Shown here: positions 1 through 14,350 of the stretch, piece by piece
Layout: every line of letters starts with the position of its first letter
How positions within the stretch are numbered: position 1 is the stretch's first letter
NCBI GenBank assembly: GCA_964016885.1
Contig: OZ024751.1
Span: 26,846,001-26,910,000, forward strand
DNA from: Eledone cirrhosa
Lineage: Eukaryota
Direction: 5' to 3'
DNA length: 64,000 bases
Made by a program: the position numbers and the translations under genes
The notes under the pieces: model-generated
Seen by the model: the letters and a program-made list of their open reading frames with translations, nothing else
The model's database searches: none
Told to the model about the DNA's origin: nothing

Positions 1-164
1 GGCGCAGCGCGATGGGAGGAGTCCGAGGATGCGGGTACAAGATCACTCGGGGGATGATTAGAGCCGCCATACATTCCGTCAGGGCCAGGCCATAGAGGTC
101 GACAGGGGTCCCCCATATATCTCCCATCAAGAGTTCCACCCTCGGAAAGCTCGCTACATTGTCC

Positions 165-219
<55 letters not shown>

Positions 220-371
220 GGAACGCTTCAAAAGGCATGCTTGCTTGGAACAGCAAGAACCCTCCGATACGTCCTGAATATCTGAGGCTGCAGGTAGCGG
301 CTTGATATTCAATCCAACGGACTTTCCAGTTAACCAACATCAATGACTGAGATTCAAGGAATAACAACAAA

Positions 372-400
<29 letters not shown>
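220..400 (+). mobile_element. 3' end of an R4/Dong-like (REL-endonuclease) non-LTR retrotransposon
   Basis: 220-285 translates GTLQKACLLGTARTLRYVLNI*, the typical C-terminus of this group, followed by a short UTR and an (AAT)n tail. Confidence 0.7.
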
Positions 401-401
<1 letters not shown>

Positions 402-404
<3 letters not shown>

Positions 405-556
405 TGTTTCTACTTTAGGAACAAGGCCAGCAATTTGAAGGGGATGGGAAAGTTGATTAAATCTACCCCAGTGTATTACTGGAACTTTATTTTATCGACC
501 CCGTAAGGATGAAAGGCAAAGTTAACCTCGGCGGGATTTGAACTCAGAACGCGGTC
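402..556 (-). mobile_element. tRNA-derived SINE, 5'-truncated
   Basis: Shared core ttactggtactttattttatcgaccccgtaaggatgaaaggcaaagttaacctcggcgggatttgaactcag recurs about 10 times in the window; B-box-like GAGTTCAAATCC on the minus strand. Confidence 0.8.
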
Positions 557-1219
557 AGTGGAAATTCTACTCTTGAGTTCTATAGAAAATAAGGAGGAGA
601 AGGAGGAGGGAGAGAAGAAGGGAGGAGGGGGAAAGAAGAAGAAGAAGAAGAAGAAGAAGAAGAAGAAGAAGAAGAAGAAGAAGAAGAAGCAGCGCCATCT
701 CTTTTACAAGGATTCATTAAACTGTTTACAAAGTCCCACCGGGGAAAAACATACTAAATGTGTTCATAAATGCAGCTGTGATACGAGAATAAGTATCGAA
801 TTAGATAAATGTGTATGGCTAAATGAGTATGGGATTAGAGATATGTGCTAAAGATACTTTTAAAATAGAGATATAGTAATAAAAAATGAAAACATTAATT
901 TTAGACACTGAAATCTGAGAATGAAAAAAGTACAACCCAACAAATAATTAGGAGATTAAATTAGTGTGATACAAATGTACGAACATGAAAGAAAACATTT
1001 GAAAAGAGTATTACAGGAGAGTTAGACTAATATTAAAAGGTTTAAATACAGTTATAAATTACTTATTTACTCTTAGAACTAAGTCTTCTGAAGCTGTTCG
1101 GGTCATCGGGCAGAAAGTTTCCACCGATTTCAACGATTAGTCGTTACGAGATTCCATATCTTCTCAATCGATATCCACCTTCCGCCAGAGACAAGACAGT
1201 CACGTCCTTCCATCTCACT

Positions 1220-1260
1220 TAACTTTTGAAAGTCATGAAGTTGTGAAACCGGTTAAGTTA
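1220..1260 (+). ncRNA. Degenerate minimal hammerhead ribozyme motif in a probable PLE terminal-repeat remnant
   Basis: aactt-TTGAAAG-...-GAAA-CCGG-TT-aagtt; downstream sequence resembles the elements at 25155-25495 and 28891-29050. Confidence 0.4.
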
Positions 1261-1371
1261 TTGTAAATAAATCTTCTCAAAGACACAAAGTGCATTCTCA
1301 ACTTCTTTTCTTTAAATTTCTATCTGTGTGGAATTAAAAACTTTCTTTTCTCTCTACATATATACAGATAT

Positions 1372-1862
1372 GTGACTTCCATGCCTGTAGATTTTATACC
1401 AAATCGGCAATGTCCCCCCAATAGTACTGCAACGCCAGAGATTTCTGGAAATAAAATTACCCAGAGTCTCTGGGCCAAAAATCCTCAGGAAAAGACCAGC
1501 CAGTTCGTTCTCGTTGATACATAAGACATCCTCGAGAAGGCCACTTCCACGCCACTAATCTTCTGTTGATTGCTAATGTGGAACTTCCATCGATCACATT
1601 ATCCGACTGGTAGAGGGAGGTAAGCACCTGACAACTTTCTAGGTGCCAGTCGCCCTGTCCTGATCTTTTCTTCACCCAAGACTGTAACATGGGCATGGAA
1701 ATGAGCTGAGGAAATGCGTCTGATAAAAGACGATCACACCGACTCACCGTCCGGGAATCTTTGCAAATGTCACAGTCATGGTATGGCCAGTCCCCCGCGC
1801 CGTGGGTGTGGTCAACAGATAGATGTCTGACCAGTGGGACATGGCCTTTTGTGGATGGTGAT
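1372..1862 (-). mobile_element. Tx1/L1-like LINE ORF2 C-terminal fragment (decayed)
   Basis: Minus strand gives QYYWGTLPIWYKIYRHG, matching QCYRGALPVRDKIYKHG in the 55664-56119 ORF; frameshifted. Confidence 0.6.
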
Positions 1863-1889
1863 GTGTGTGTGTGTGGGGTGGGGGTGGGG

Positions 1890-1992
1890 TGTAAAGTCGA
1901 TTAAATTGACCTCAGTGCATTACTGGTACTTTATTTTATCGACACCGAAAGAATGAAAGGCAAAGCTAGCCTCGGAAGGATTTGAACTCAGA
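1890..1992 (-). mobile_element. SINE fragment, same family as 402-556
   Basis: Shared core sequence. Confidence 0.75.
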
Positions 1993-2242
1993 ATATAATA
2001 TAATACAATAATACTAATAACAATAATAATCCCTAAAGTAAAAACTATTATAGCAACATCACAGTCATCACTCCACCACCACCACCACTACACCACCACC
2101 ACCACCACCACCAACAACAACAACAATAACAACAACAACAACTATGACAAAGACAATCAATCCACGACAATCAGAATTAGTCAGTAAACTAATAAGACAT
2201 TGATTTAGCAAAGGTCTCTCTCTTCCCCCCTCTCTCTCTTCA

Positions 2243-2332
<90 letters not shown>

Positions 2333-2680
2333 TCTCTCTCCCCTCTCTCTCTCTATCAGGACACCCAGTTCGGGTATCTCAATACAAACAACTATTTCTC
2401 TGACGTTTCAATAATTTTCTACAGAGATTGTGTAGCTTAATGGATTTTCATTGTATGAATTAATGTTAGCAGAGATATGATAATATCAGCGATTGACACC
2501 GATGGTAGAAGCAGGGAGGTGGTTGGCGGTGGCGAGAGAAGTGGGTGGAGGAAGAACTGGTACCATATTGGCAGTAGTACAATGATGTGACTGGTGGAGA
2601 AGAAAGAGGGAGAAAATAGGTACATAGATATATAGAGAGCGAGAGAGATGGAAAATAAATTTTATACACACACACACACA

Positions 2681-2768
<88 letters not shown>

Positions 2769-2769
2769 T

Positions 2770-2803
<34 letters not shown>

Positions 2804-3224
2804 CTGTGCGGAATTCCTTCCTTGCTCACATCTCGACTAGGTTTGATGGTCTTTATTCTCTCTTGTTCACGATTTCACCGAACTTATATTCATAGAAATC
2901 TGGGACTTGACTCTTTCTTCCTCACTTTTTGATTGTTTACAGTCTCGCTCGTTCCCCTTATTTATGTGTCCCAACGATTTTCTTTAGCCTTTGCTCGCAC
3001 CAACCGGAGGTATATGGTCTTTAAAGCGATGAAATACCAATGATGGTTGGAAGATCACTGATGAAAGACTAACTTTATTTATATATATATATACATATAT
3101 ATAATTCGTTTTCGCTCTTAACATGGTGGTACCTAAATGTATTTATCAGTGAATAATATTATAATAATATCATAATGCTATGTATTTTCAGCAGTTCCAG
3201 TGTGTAGTAGACACGAGAATATAC

Positions 3225-3265
3225 AATCTTGACAAGGAGCAAACACTCCGAAACAATTGTCGATT
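3225..3265 (+). ncRNA. Minimal type I hammerhead ribozyme, U3-A8 variant
   Basis: Stem I aatc/gatt; core TTGACAA; stem II ggag-caaaca-ctcc; GAAA; palindromic stem III ACAATTGT; GUC cleavage triplet. Confidence 0.75.
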
Positions 3266-3415
3266 ATTTTCTCTCTGCTGCCGCTGGAAAAAAAGGATGA
3301 CATGTTCATCTAGAAAACACATGTATATATATATATATATAGTCACACACACACACTTATATATATATATGAAGGATTCGAGACCCCGACAGCTGAGCTC
3401 CCGCCGCCTCAACAA

Positions 3416-3478
<63 letters not shown>

Positions 3479-3517
3479 TCTATATATAAAGCCCAGTGTT
3501 TACATGAGAGAGAGAGA

Positions 3518-3588
<71 letters not shown>

Positions 3589-4593
3589 GGGGAGCAGTGA
3601 GAGAGAGAGAGCGGGGAAGTAGCTGTGTATATAACAGGGATGTGTGTCAATAAATCAACAGAGATTTCCATTGAAGCAGACGACACAGCAGAAATGGTTT
3701 CACTAATGAAATTTAACGGTTGAGAGCTTAATTACACGGGTGGAAGGTGGAAAGGTTAGGTAGCTGCGGGTGAGAGGTGAAACGTGGATAACCATACTCT
3801 GTTATTACCACAATAGCTACACCCCGCCACACATACACACATACACACATACACACATACACATACATACACAACCACATCGCCACACACATACACACAC
3901 ACATCGCCACACACATACACACACATACACACACACATACACACACAGACGGAACATTTATCAAGACACAGAAATGATGTTTCGTTCTGACATTGATGAC
4001 AATGACAGATATCTCTCAGTGGGGGTGGGGATGGGGATGGGGGGTAGGGGGACATGTGTGTGTGTGTGTGGGGGGGGGTATTTGTGTGTGTGGGGGGGAT
4101 GTGTATGTATGTATGTATGTATGTATGTATGTATGTATGTATGTATGTATGTATGTGTGTATGTATGAGTTTGTGTGTATGTGTTCATGTGTATGAGTGT
4201 ATGTGTATATTTGTGTATGTGAATGTGTATGTGTGTGTGTGTGTATATGTGTGTGTGTATATCTGTATGAATGTATATCTGTATGAGTGTGTATATGTGT
4301 ATGAGTGTATATGTGTGTGTGTGTGTGAGTGTATGACTATATATGTGTGTGTGTGTCTATATGTGTGTATGAATGTGTATGTGTAAGTGTGTATTTGTGT
4401 ATGTCTATATGTATGTGGGTATGAGTCTATGTGTATATATGTGTGTACGTGTATATGTATGTGCGTATGTGTTTATGTGTGTATGCGAGAGTGTGTGTAT
4501 TTTGATCTACGTCTGTTGTTTATCTGTCACTTTGTCGTCCTACCTCTCTACCAATCTATCTATTTATCTGTCTGTCTGTCTGTCTGTCTGTCC

Positions 4594-4644
<51 letters not shown>

Positions 4645-4649
4645 CGAGA

Positions 4650-4817
4650 GCCTGGTGGTGGAAGCACAAACGTGTGCAACCCCGACCAGGTCCATACACG
4701 ACCCCATGCCACACATCATAGAAAGGGTGTAATCCTGGCTTCGATGGACGCGAACAGGAAGCGAACCCACGACCTTATCATTGCCAGTTCAACATCACAA
4801 CCATTACACCACATGTC
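4650..4817 (-). mobile_element. tRNA-derived SINE (different family)
   Basis: Minus strand has A-box TGGTGTAATGG and B-box GGTTCGCTTCC, ending at a (GATA)n tract. Confidence 0.55.
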
Positions 4818-4992
4818 TTCCCATAAATAGTATTAAATATCATTTACTATTGCTTAAGATATTATCTATTAAACATATAAATGCATCTACAGTACTCCGT
4901 ATACATTTTATAGACTACGATGTATTCATATTGTAGTAATATATATTTTATATGAGTATTAAACTTACACACACACGCACACACACGCACAC

Positions 4993-5121
<129 letters not shown>

Positions 5122-5647
5122 TACACATATACATAAATTCAGACAACCCAGGCAACATTATAATTACAGTAACATAATTTGTATGGTTGTATTTTTATGT
5201 AATATTAATAGTTACTAAAACCTTCTAATTAAGATAGGTTTAATGTTAAGTTATAAGATTATAAACGTTCTTTTTTTTATAACATGTTGTCCATCTGGCT
5301 TCGATTTAATATGTAACTGGTTGAAATAATAAATGTTGAGATTGTTACATTGAGGTTCCAGTGGCAACAGAAGTAGCTATATCCTCTCTAAACACCTTAT
5401 CTTTAAAGCTTCATATTAAAGTTGTTGTTGTTGTTGGAGTGGTTGTTCTTGTTGAAGTTGTTGATGCTGTTGTCGTTGTTGTTGATGATGCTGGTGTTAG
5501 AGTTTTTTGTTATTAGTGTTGCTGTTACTGTTGGGGTTGCTTTAATAACAGACTGTTTTAATATATGGACATTCTGACTGAGAGTATATTTATTGACAAA
5601 TAAAACGTACGGTTTAATAGTATTTTTATGGCGGAAATTCATAGCTT

Positions 5648-5721
<74 letters not shown>

Positions 5722-5888
5722 ACCCTCTCCGCACTCTCTCTCTCTACCTATATCTAGATACATAACTGATAATCTGGATAGTGTGTTTGTAATATAGCGA
5801 TCTGTCGTTTATTTAGGATTTATATAGGAAGTTAGACATATACCTACCAGGTCAATATCTACTTAGTTGTGCACACACACACACACGC

Positions 5889-5991
<103 letters not shown>

Positions 5992-6247
5992 CTTCTAAGA
6001 TGGGTAAGGAATAACAATAATTACTTTTTCCCCTTTCTGCTTTCTGTTTTAACTGTTTTCGTGATTTTTTCTCTCTTCCAGACATACTCATTTATTTCTT
6101 TTCTAATTTCCGACGACGGACTAGCCTCCGAAATATTAATATTCATTTACAACTGTATCAAGCGCTAGCCTTATATACATCACCATTGTACCGTATTGTT
6201 CTCATGTGTTGCATCGTTGTTTTTCCTGGTTATGTTATATATAACGT

Positions 6248-6281
<34 letters not shown>

Positions 6282-7096
6282 TATAATAAATTGAAGTAAA
6301 AACCAACAGGTGCGTGTGTTTTTATTGGCAACATGACCCTCCCAAAGTATAACAATACACACACACATACACACATACACACACACACACATATATATAT
6401 ATATACATATATATATACATATATTTTAGGATATATATATATATATATATCCTAAAATGGTGAACGGAACACACCTACTTTTTCCTTTTTTTCTTTTTCT
6501 CACTCTTCTCTTTCTTTTCTTTCTTTCTATTGCTTCTTTTATTTCACATCTTCCGATGAAGGATCAATGTCTGAAATGTTAAGACTCTGTTCCTATTATG
6601 TCAAACTAATATCTTCATTGTACTGTGCCATTTGCTGTGTTGCTTTCCGTTCACTTTTCGCCCCCCCCCCCCATATATATATATATATATATATATACAT
6701 TCCTAGTCCCCGTCAACCTACACATACTGACACATGTATGACCACACCGCCAATCTGTGACACCAAGCCCCCAAACTCCTAATATTCACCAGAGACTGTG
6801 TCGACAATATAGCAATGAATGTCTAGATAGAGAGCAATGTCTGAGGCTTATCTCGTATATCCATCTAAGTGGTCTTCTTTCTCACCAGTTGTGTCTAACA
6901 TAACAGACTGTGTCTCGCCACCAACATCTATCTGGAAAGAAAGTACTTTAAGATGAGCTACAAGTAGTAAGATAGCGCCAACCTTCTTCTTCTCTCCTAA
7001 AATACAATCAGACCTCACGCAATCATAAACCCATATATTTTTCAATTGCTTCTCCGGCTCTCTCTTCTATCTGTACACACACACACACACATATAT

Positions 7097-7172
<76 letters not shown>

Positions 7173-7346
7173 ATTGTATCTGTTGTATGCGTATCCTCTT
7201 ACCAAACACTTTCCAAATCTATTTCCTTCCTCGTTTCTTATCCACCGTAACATGGTTTACTTTTATTTACTTCCTCCTAATCTTTCACGAAACTAAACAA
7301 ACAAATTACAACACACTCCACACACACAGACACACACACAGACACA

Positions 7347-7418
<72 letters not shown>

Positions 7419-7571
7419 CACATATATATAACATGAGGCACAAACAAATTACGCCATCATCATAACCATCAACATTAACGCACCACCACCCACAAAAATC
7501 CACCCACACACATATATATATGTTTATATATCTATTTGTTTACGTTTATATAATTATATATAGATGTATTT

Positions 7572-7641
<70 letters not shown>

Positions 7642-7683
7642 CATATACAGACGCGCAAACACAAACAGATATATATATATATG

Positions 7684-7743
<60 letters not shown>

Positions 7744-8169
7744 CATGTATATATATATTCACGAACACACCCACACACACATACACGCACACACTCACAC
7801 ACACTCACACACACTCACACACACTCACACACACTCATACACACACACACACATTGATGTTGATTTTCCTGGAGACATCGAAAGAACAGGCGAATATTTT
7901 GTATCAAATTGTCAAAACAAAATCATTTTTACTCCTTTCCCCGCCCCACCCTAAACACTCCACCCCACAATACGACACACCCGACACCCACCACAAAACC
8001 CCACAACACTCCACACCACCACCACACACCACAACACCCCCCACAACACCCCGCACCACCCCACCACACCACACCACACCTCACAACACCACATTACCCA
8101 CGCCACATCACACACCCACACACTCTGAATTTCCAGTGAGATTGATGCTGCTGCTGCTAACACATATAC

Positions 8170-8233
<64 letters not shown>

Positions 8234-8769
8234 ACACATACACACATGCATACACACACACACATACACACACATACACACATACACACACATACACGCA
8301 CATACACATACACACTCATACACATACACACACACATACACACATGCATACACACATACACATACATACACATACACTCACATACACACACACACATACA
8401 CACACACACACACATATAAACACAAACAAACAAACGCACTCAAATACACATAAACAAACGCAAACACACATGTCATTCCACTCTTTCACACACACACATA
8501 TATCTCTCCACATACACACATAGACACTTCTTCACACACACACAATAGACACCTCTCCACACACACACACACACACACACAAATACACTTCTTCACACAT
8601 ACACAGACACAGCTTCACACACACACACATGTCCCCTCCTTTAACTTTGTTAAATGCTGCTCTGCCCCCTCTTCTGGCAATATAATTCTCTTGTCATTTC
8701 CACCGAACCCTGTCGCCACTGAACCCCCCCCCCCCCACACACATTACCACTAGTACTATCTCCACCACA

Positions 8770-9270
8770 ACCAACACCACCACCATCACAACCATCACAA
8801 CCATCACAAACACCACCACAACCATCACAATCATCACAACCATCACAACCATCACCACTACCATCACAACCATCACAAACACCACCACAACCATCACCAC
8901 CACCACCACCACAACCATCACCACCACCACCACCACAACCATCACCACCACCACCACCACAACCATCACCACCACCACCACCACCACCACAACCATCACC
9001 ACCACCACCACCACAACCATCACCACCACCACCACCACCACAACCATCACCACCACCACCACCACCACCACCACAACCATCACCACCACCACCACAACCA
9101 TCACCACCACCACCACCACAACCATCACCACCACCACCACCACAACCACCACCACCACCACCACCACCACAACCATCACCACCACCACCACAACCATCAC
9201 CACCACCACAACCATCACCATCACCACCACCACCACCACAACCATCACCACCACCACCACCACAACCAGC
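8770..9270. repeat. (CCA)n/(CCACAACCAT)-type compound microsatellite
   Basis: Direct inspection; explains the poly-Gly and poly-Val ORFs. Confidence 0.9.
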
Positions 9271-10202
9271 ACCAACGAGCAACTACGAGCAACTATTCAC
9301 AACAAACCCCACCTCCACAATATATGTTCTTCACATGTCACAACCCTGGACAAGTCATCAATGTTGAATCTTGGAGTCACCTGATGATTTAGGTCTTACA
9401 ACATAGTCACAATCCTCCTGGTGACGTAACCGAGGTTCATCAAACCTTTGTCTGTGTCCAAGTGGTATACATACGACTAACGCCACCTGTCAGATCACGT
9501 CTGTCCATCTGCTGATTTCATGTCGGCTCTCTGCTTCCTCTCATAACACCCAAGTTCCAGAGGCCTTGCCAAGGGAACAAGCTACTCACCCTCGGTTGCA
9601 AACCTCCCTGGTAGCCATCTGATCTTCCACCCGTTTTTTTTTTTGTTTTTTTTTTTAACAATCTTCTACCAACCTCTGTTAGTTAACTCTCTTCCTCTCC
9701 CCTCCTCCATTCTCTCCTCCCAAGTAACACTTGCCACCTTCGAAACCAAGGTATCTCTTTCAAACATTGACTGAGTAATATATGATGGAATTTTTAGTTA
9801 CATTTGCAGGCCGTCTTCCCCCAGTCTCATGGTGTGACATACGAACAATTGCTACCTATGGTGTGTTCACGCTGTCAGTTGTTACACCATCCGACTCAAT
9901 GTCGCCATACTACAAAATATTATCTTATTTTTATTTTTACCACTTGTCATTTGACTTTACCACTCTTCCTCTTCTTTATCTAGCTCTTCCCCCCCCCCTT
10001 CGCTAGCTCTCTCTCTCTCCCTATCACTTTCTTTTTCACCTTTATTATCTACTTTCTCCTTTACACACCCTCTCATTTTATTAATAACTTCGTAAGTCTA
10101 TCTGTGTGCCTGTGTATGTATGTATGTATGTATGAATGTATGTATGTATGTATGTATGTATGTATGTATGTATGTATGTATGTATGTATGTATGGCTAGA
10201 TG

Positions 10203-10234
<32 letters not shown>

Positions 10235-10306
10235 CGCGTGTATGTGTGTATGTATGTATGTATGGCTGGATGTATATATGTATATATATATATATATGTG
10301 TGTGTG

Positions 10307-10403
<97 letters not shown>

Positions 10404-10424
10404 GCATCGGATGTACATGAGGTG

Positions 10425-10985
10425 CATCTGGGAGCCGTGACTAATCTCTCAGAGGCTGAGGCCAAAAGAGCAGTTAAAGAGCTCAAATGTGGCGAGGCCT
10501 CTGGGGAAGATGAAAATGTTGAAAGCCTTAAATAGAGAAGGTATTCTGTGGCTGGCTCATGTCTGTCAGGGGGCCTGGATCTCTGGAAAGGCACCTAAGC
10601 AATGGCAATCAGAGGTGATCCTCCCAATTTTCAAAAAGAGTGACAAGAGAGATTGTTCCAATTCCAAAGAGATCTCCTTGTTAAGCTTAAACCTCCTTGG
10701 TAAAGTCTATGCTAAGTGTCTGGCAAAGAGATGTGGGGAGATTGTCGTGTCCAAGCTAGCTGATCAACAGTGTGGTTTTCACCCTGGACACAGCACAGTC
10801 GAACATATGTGTTTAGAATGTCTCAGGAAAGAATCGCTGGACAGATTTTACGGGCAAAATCAACCAGCAAGGTGGTTGGATAACATCCATGTGCTTGGCT
10901 GGTCTTGCTTGGAGATCCAGCCGGATAAGTTGGAAACAATTGCTTCTGACAGGACCCACTGGAAGGAGTGTTTGTGGACTGTTCT
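10425..10985 (+). mobile_element. RTE-clade LINE fragment, internally deleted
   Basis: ORF 10489-11061: PKQWQSEVILPIFKKSDKRDCSN..ISLLS..GKVYAK..QQCGFHPGHST (RT N-terminus) joined directly to PARWLDNI...ASDRTHWKECL (RTE C-terminus). Confidence 0.85.
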
Positions 10986-12088
10986 TGGTCAGTTTGTTGA
11001 CAGAATTATAAATGGCCTCCAATGTATATTGATAAATCTATTTGATAATTTGTTGTATTGATTAAATATCGTAAACCAGGAGTTAGACTGTCAGTTGTAG
11101 TGGAGTGAAAGATTGAAGTGTTAGAGAAGGGCCGGGATATCTGAAAGACTGGAGGCCCGGCTATGGGTTAACATAACCCAGCTTCTGGCGTTTCAAATTG
11201 TTGTAACTCATCATCAGTTTCTACATCATTGAAATACAATATTCCATCCTTCATAGAAATATTTCCATCTCACGATCCCCGCAGTACACAACAGAACAGA
11301 GCGGACGGGACAGATTCTGTGGATATTATGTTAGCACAGCCTTAAATATCTGATACCATCGTATAAATTTAGATAATTGTAAAGAGAAGTGATTAGAATA
11401 TTTTTGGACAAAGCCACTCTTCAGAACTGAGACAAACCTGAATCCTGAGAACACAGCACTTCTTTTTATGTCATTGTTAGTGGCTAGGGTCGAAGCATGA
11501 CTCGTTCTATTTTGAAATGTTCATTAAATTAGAATTGATCAGATGGAATGGAATATCTGTGTTTCTGCGTGTGTAGAAGGGTGGTGTGTGGTTTTATATG
11601 TGTGGGATGAGTGTAGAAAGATGAAATAGGGTTTAAGATTAGGCTAGAGTGGGTACATTTACATTTTCTTAAACGAAAATTTCATTACTGAATTCTACCT
11701 CGTGGTGAACAGTTGAATTCCACTATTATAGGTTTCTGATGAAGTGTAATAAATAATTATGTATTGCACATGATTGAACAATATATTTTGTAGTCAGCAT
11801 ATGTAGACAATTTATAATAGGCACAGAAACATATGTCAAAACAAATAAATTCCTAATCTCTTCACGCCGACGTTTTATTTTTCTTGGTGCAATACTTGCT
11901 TATATATACACTCCGTAATCTCTTCTGGACCTTTATACCATATTCCCCTGCTTGGATATTATGCTATATGATTCAAAGGAGACCGTCGAGTCAAATTTTC
12001 TGGTAAGCAGCTTTCTTGTTTAACCATTTATTCCGGATATACATAAACAAAACTTTATCTACCTTCGCATATGAAGAACTCATAAGAG

Positions 12089-12125
<37 letters not shown>

Positions 12126-12250
12126 CATATATATATATATATATATGTGAATATAGACATAGAATATTCGAAAATATTCTGTATGTTTATAATAAACATT
12201 TTGAAGACCTAATCGCTATAGAATAGAATACGTCACGTATTACAATTAGA

Positions 12251-12337
12251 TTCTCGATAAAAGCAAGGGAAGTAATCTACGCGTTTCATTCTTCTTAGAA
12301 ATCTTCAGGACTACATATCCAGTGCTTTTATCGAGAA
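12251..12337 (-). ncRNA. Type I hammerhead ribozyme (further minus copies at 12561-12647, 12871-12957, 13181-13267)
   Basis: Reverse complement of 13464-13550. Confidence 0.85.
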
Positions 12338-13463
12338 TGACACAGCTAGAGACTTATAGAATACTTAGCTGTGTACAGGAACTGGTTTGAAAGAGCGGTT
12401 GCCGGTCCGGCAGAAATTAGAAATTGGAATAAATGCTCTGAAATAGCGATATATATGTGAATATAGACATAGAATATTCGAAAATATTCTGTATGTTTAT
12501 AATAAACATTTTGAAGACCTAATCGCTATAGAATAGAATACGTCACGTATTACAATTAGATTCTCGATAAAAGCAAGGGAAGTAATCTACGCGTTTCATT
12601 CTTCTTAGAAATCTTCAGGACTACATATCCAGTGCTTTTATCGAGAATGACACAGCTAGAGACTTATAGAATACTTAGCTGTGTACAGGAACTGGTTTGA
12701 AAGAGCGGTTGCCGGTCCGGCAGAAATTAGAAATTGGAATAAATGCTCTGAAATAGCGATATATATGTGAATATAGACATAGAATATTCGAAAATATTCT
12801 GTATGTTTATAATAAACATTTTGAAGACCTAATCGCTATAGAATAGAATACGTCACGTATTACAATTAGATTCTCGATAAAAGCAAGGGAAGTAATCTAC
12901 GCGTTTCATTCTTCTTAGAAATCTTCAGGACTACATATCCAGTGCTTTTATCGAGAATGACACAGCTAGAGACTTATAGAATACTTAGCTGTGTACAGGA
13001 ACTGGTTTGAAAGAGCGGTTGCCGGTCCGGCAGAAATTAGAAATTGGAATAAATGCTCTGAAATAGCGATATATATGTGAATATAGACATAGAATATTCG
13101 AAAATATTCTGTATGTTTATAATAAACATTTTGAAGACCTAATCGCTATAGAATAGAATACGTCACGTATTACAATTAGATTCTCGATAAAAGCAAGGGA
13201 AGTAATCTACGCGTTTCATTCTTCTTAGAAATCTTCAGGACTACATATCCAGTGCTTTTATCGAGAATGACACAGCTAGAGACTTATAGAATACTTAGCT
13301 GTGAACATACAGAATATTTTCGAATATTCTATGTCTATATTCACATATATATCGCTATTTCAGAGCATTTATTCCAATTTCTAATTTCTGCCGGACCGGC
13401 AACCGCTCTTTCAAACCAGTTCCTGTACACAGCTAAGTATTCTATAAGTCTCTAGCTGTGTCA

Positions 13464-13550
13464 TTCTCGATAAAAGCACTGGATATGTAGTCCTGAAGAT
13501 TTCTAAGAAGAATGAAACGCGTAGATTACTTCCCTTGCTTTTATCGAGAA
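13464..13550 (+). ncRNA. Type I hammerhead ribozyme (further plus copies at 13774-13860, 14084-14170)
   Basis: Distal stem I ttctcgataaaagca/tgcttttatcgagaa (15 bp), internal loop, proximal stem I gtagtc/gattac, core CTGAAGA (13493-13499), stem II ttct-aaga-agaa, GAAA, palindromic stem III ACGCGT, GUA site at 13521-13523. Confidence 0.88.
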
Positions 13551-14302
13551 TCTAATTGTAATACGTGACGTATTCTATTCTATAGCGATTAGGTCTTCAA
13601 AATGTTTATTATAAACATACAGAATATTTTCGAATATTCTATGTCTATATTCACATATATATCGCTATTTCAGAGCATTTATTCCAATTTCTAATTTCTG
13701 CCGGACCGGCAACCGCTCTTTCAAACCAGTTCCTGTACACAGCTAAGTATTCTATAAGTCTCTAGCTGTGTCATTCTCGATAAAAGCACTGGATATGTAG
13801 TCCTGAAGATTTCTAAGAAGAATGAAACGCGTAGATTACTTCCCTTGCTTTTATCGAGAATCTAATTGTAATACGTGACGTATTCTATTCTATAGCGATT
13901 AGGTCTTCAAAATGTTTATTATAAACATACAGAATATTTTCGAATATTCTATGTCTATATTCACATATATATCGCTATTTCAGAGCATTTATTCCAATTT
14001 CTAATTTCTGCCGGACCGGCAACCGCTCTTTCAAACCAGTTCCTGTACACAGCTAAGTATTCTATAAGTCTCTAGCTGTGTCATTCTCGATAAAAGCACT
14101 GGATATGTAGTCCTGAAGATTTCTAAGAAGAATGAAACGCGTAGATTACTTCCCTTGCTTTTATCGAGAATCTAATTGTAATACGTGACGTATTCTATTC
14201 TATAGCGATTAGGTCTTCAAAATGTTTATTATAAACATACAGAATATTTTCGAATATTCTATGTCTATATTCACATATATATCGCTATTTCAGAGCATTT
14301 AT

Positions 14303-14341
<39 letters not shown>

Positions 14342-14350
<9 letters not shown>

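Larger units (their letters stand above)
12141..14308. mobile_element. Retrozyme-like tandem array of a 310-bp hammerhead-containing unit, with a central inversion
   Basis: Period 310 (gtgaatatagac at 12147, 12457, 12767, 13077). About 3.75 units in one orientation to 13303, then about 3.25 inverted units 13304-14308. One HHR per unit; flanked by (TA)n. Confidence 0.9.

Noticed and set aside
9360-9770. Possible CR1/L2-like LINE remnant
   Set aside because: Only scattered short peptide resemblances (NLGVT, NSLP); too decayed to call
13290-13320. Array inversion as a long-read fold-back chimera
   Set aside because: The arms meet at different phases of the unit and the outer flanks are not mirrored; read-level confirmation is still advisable
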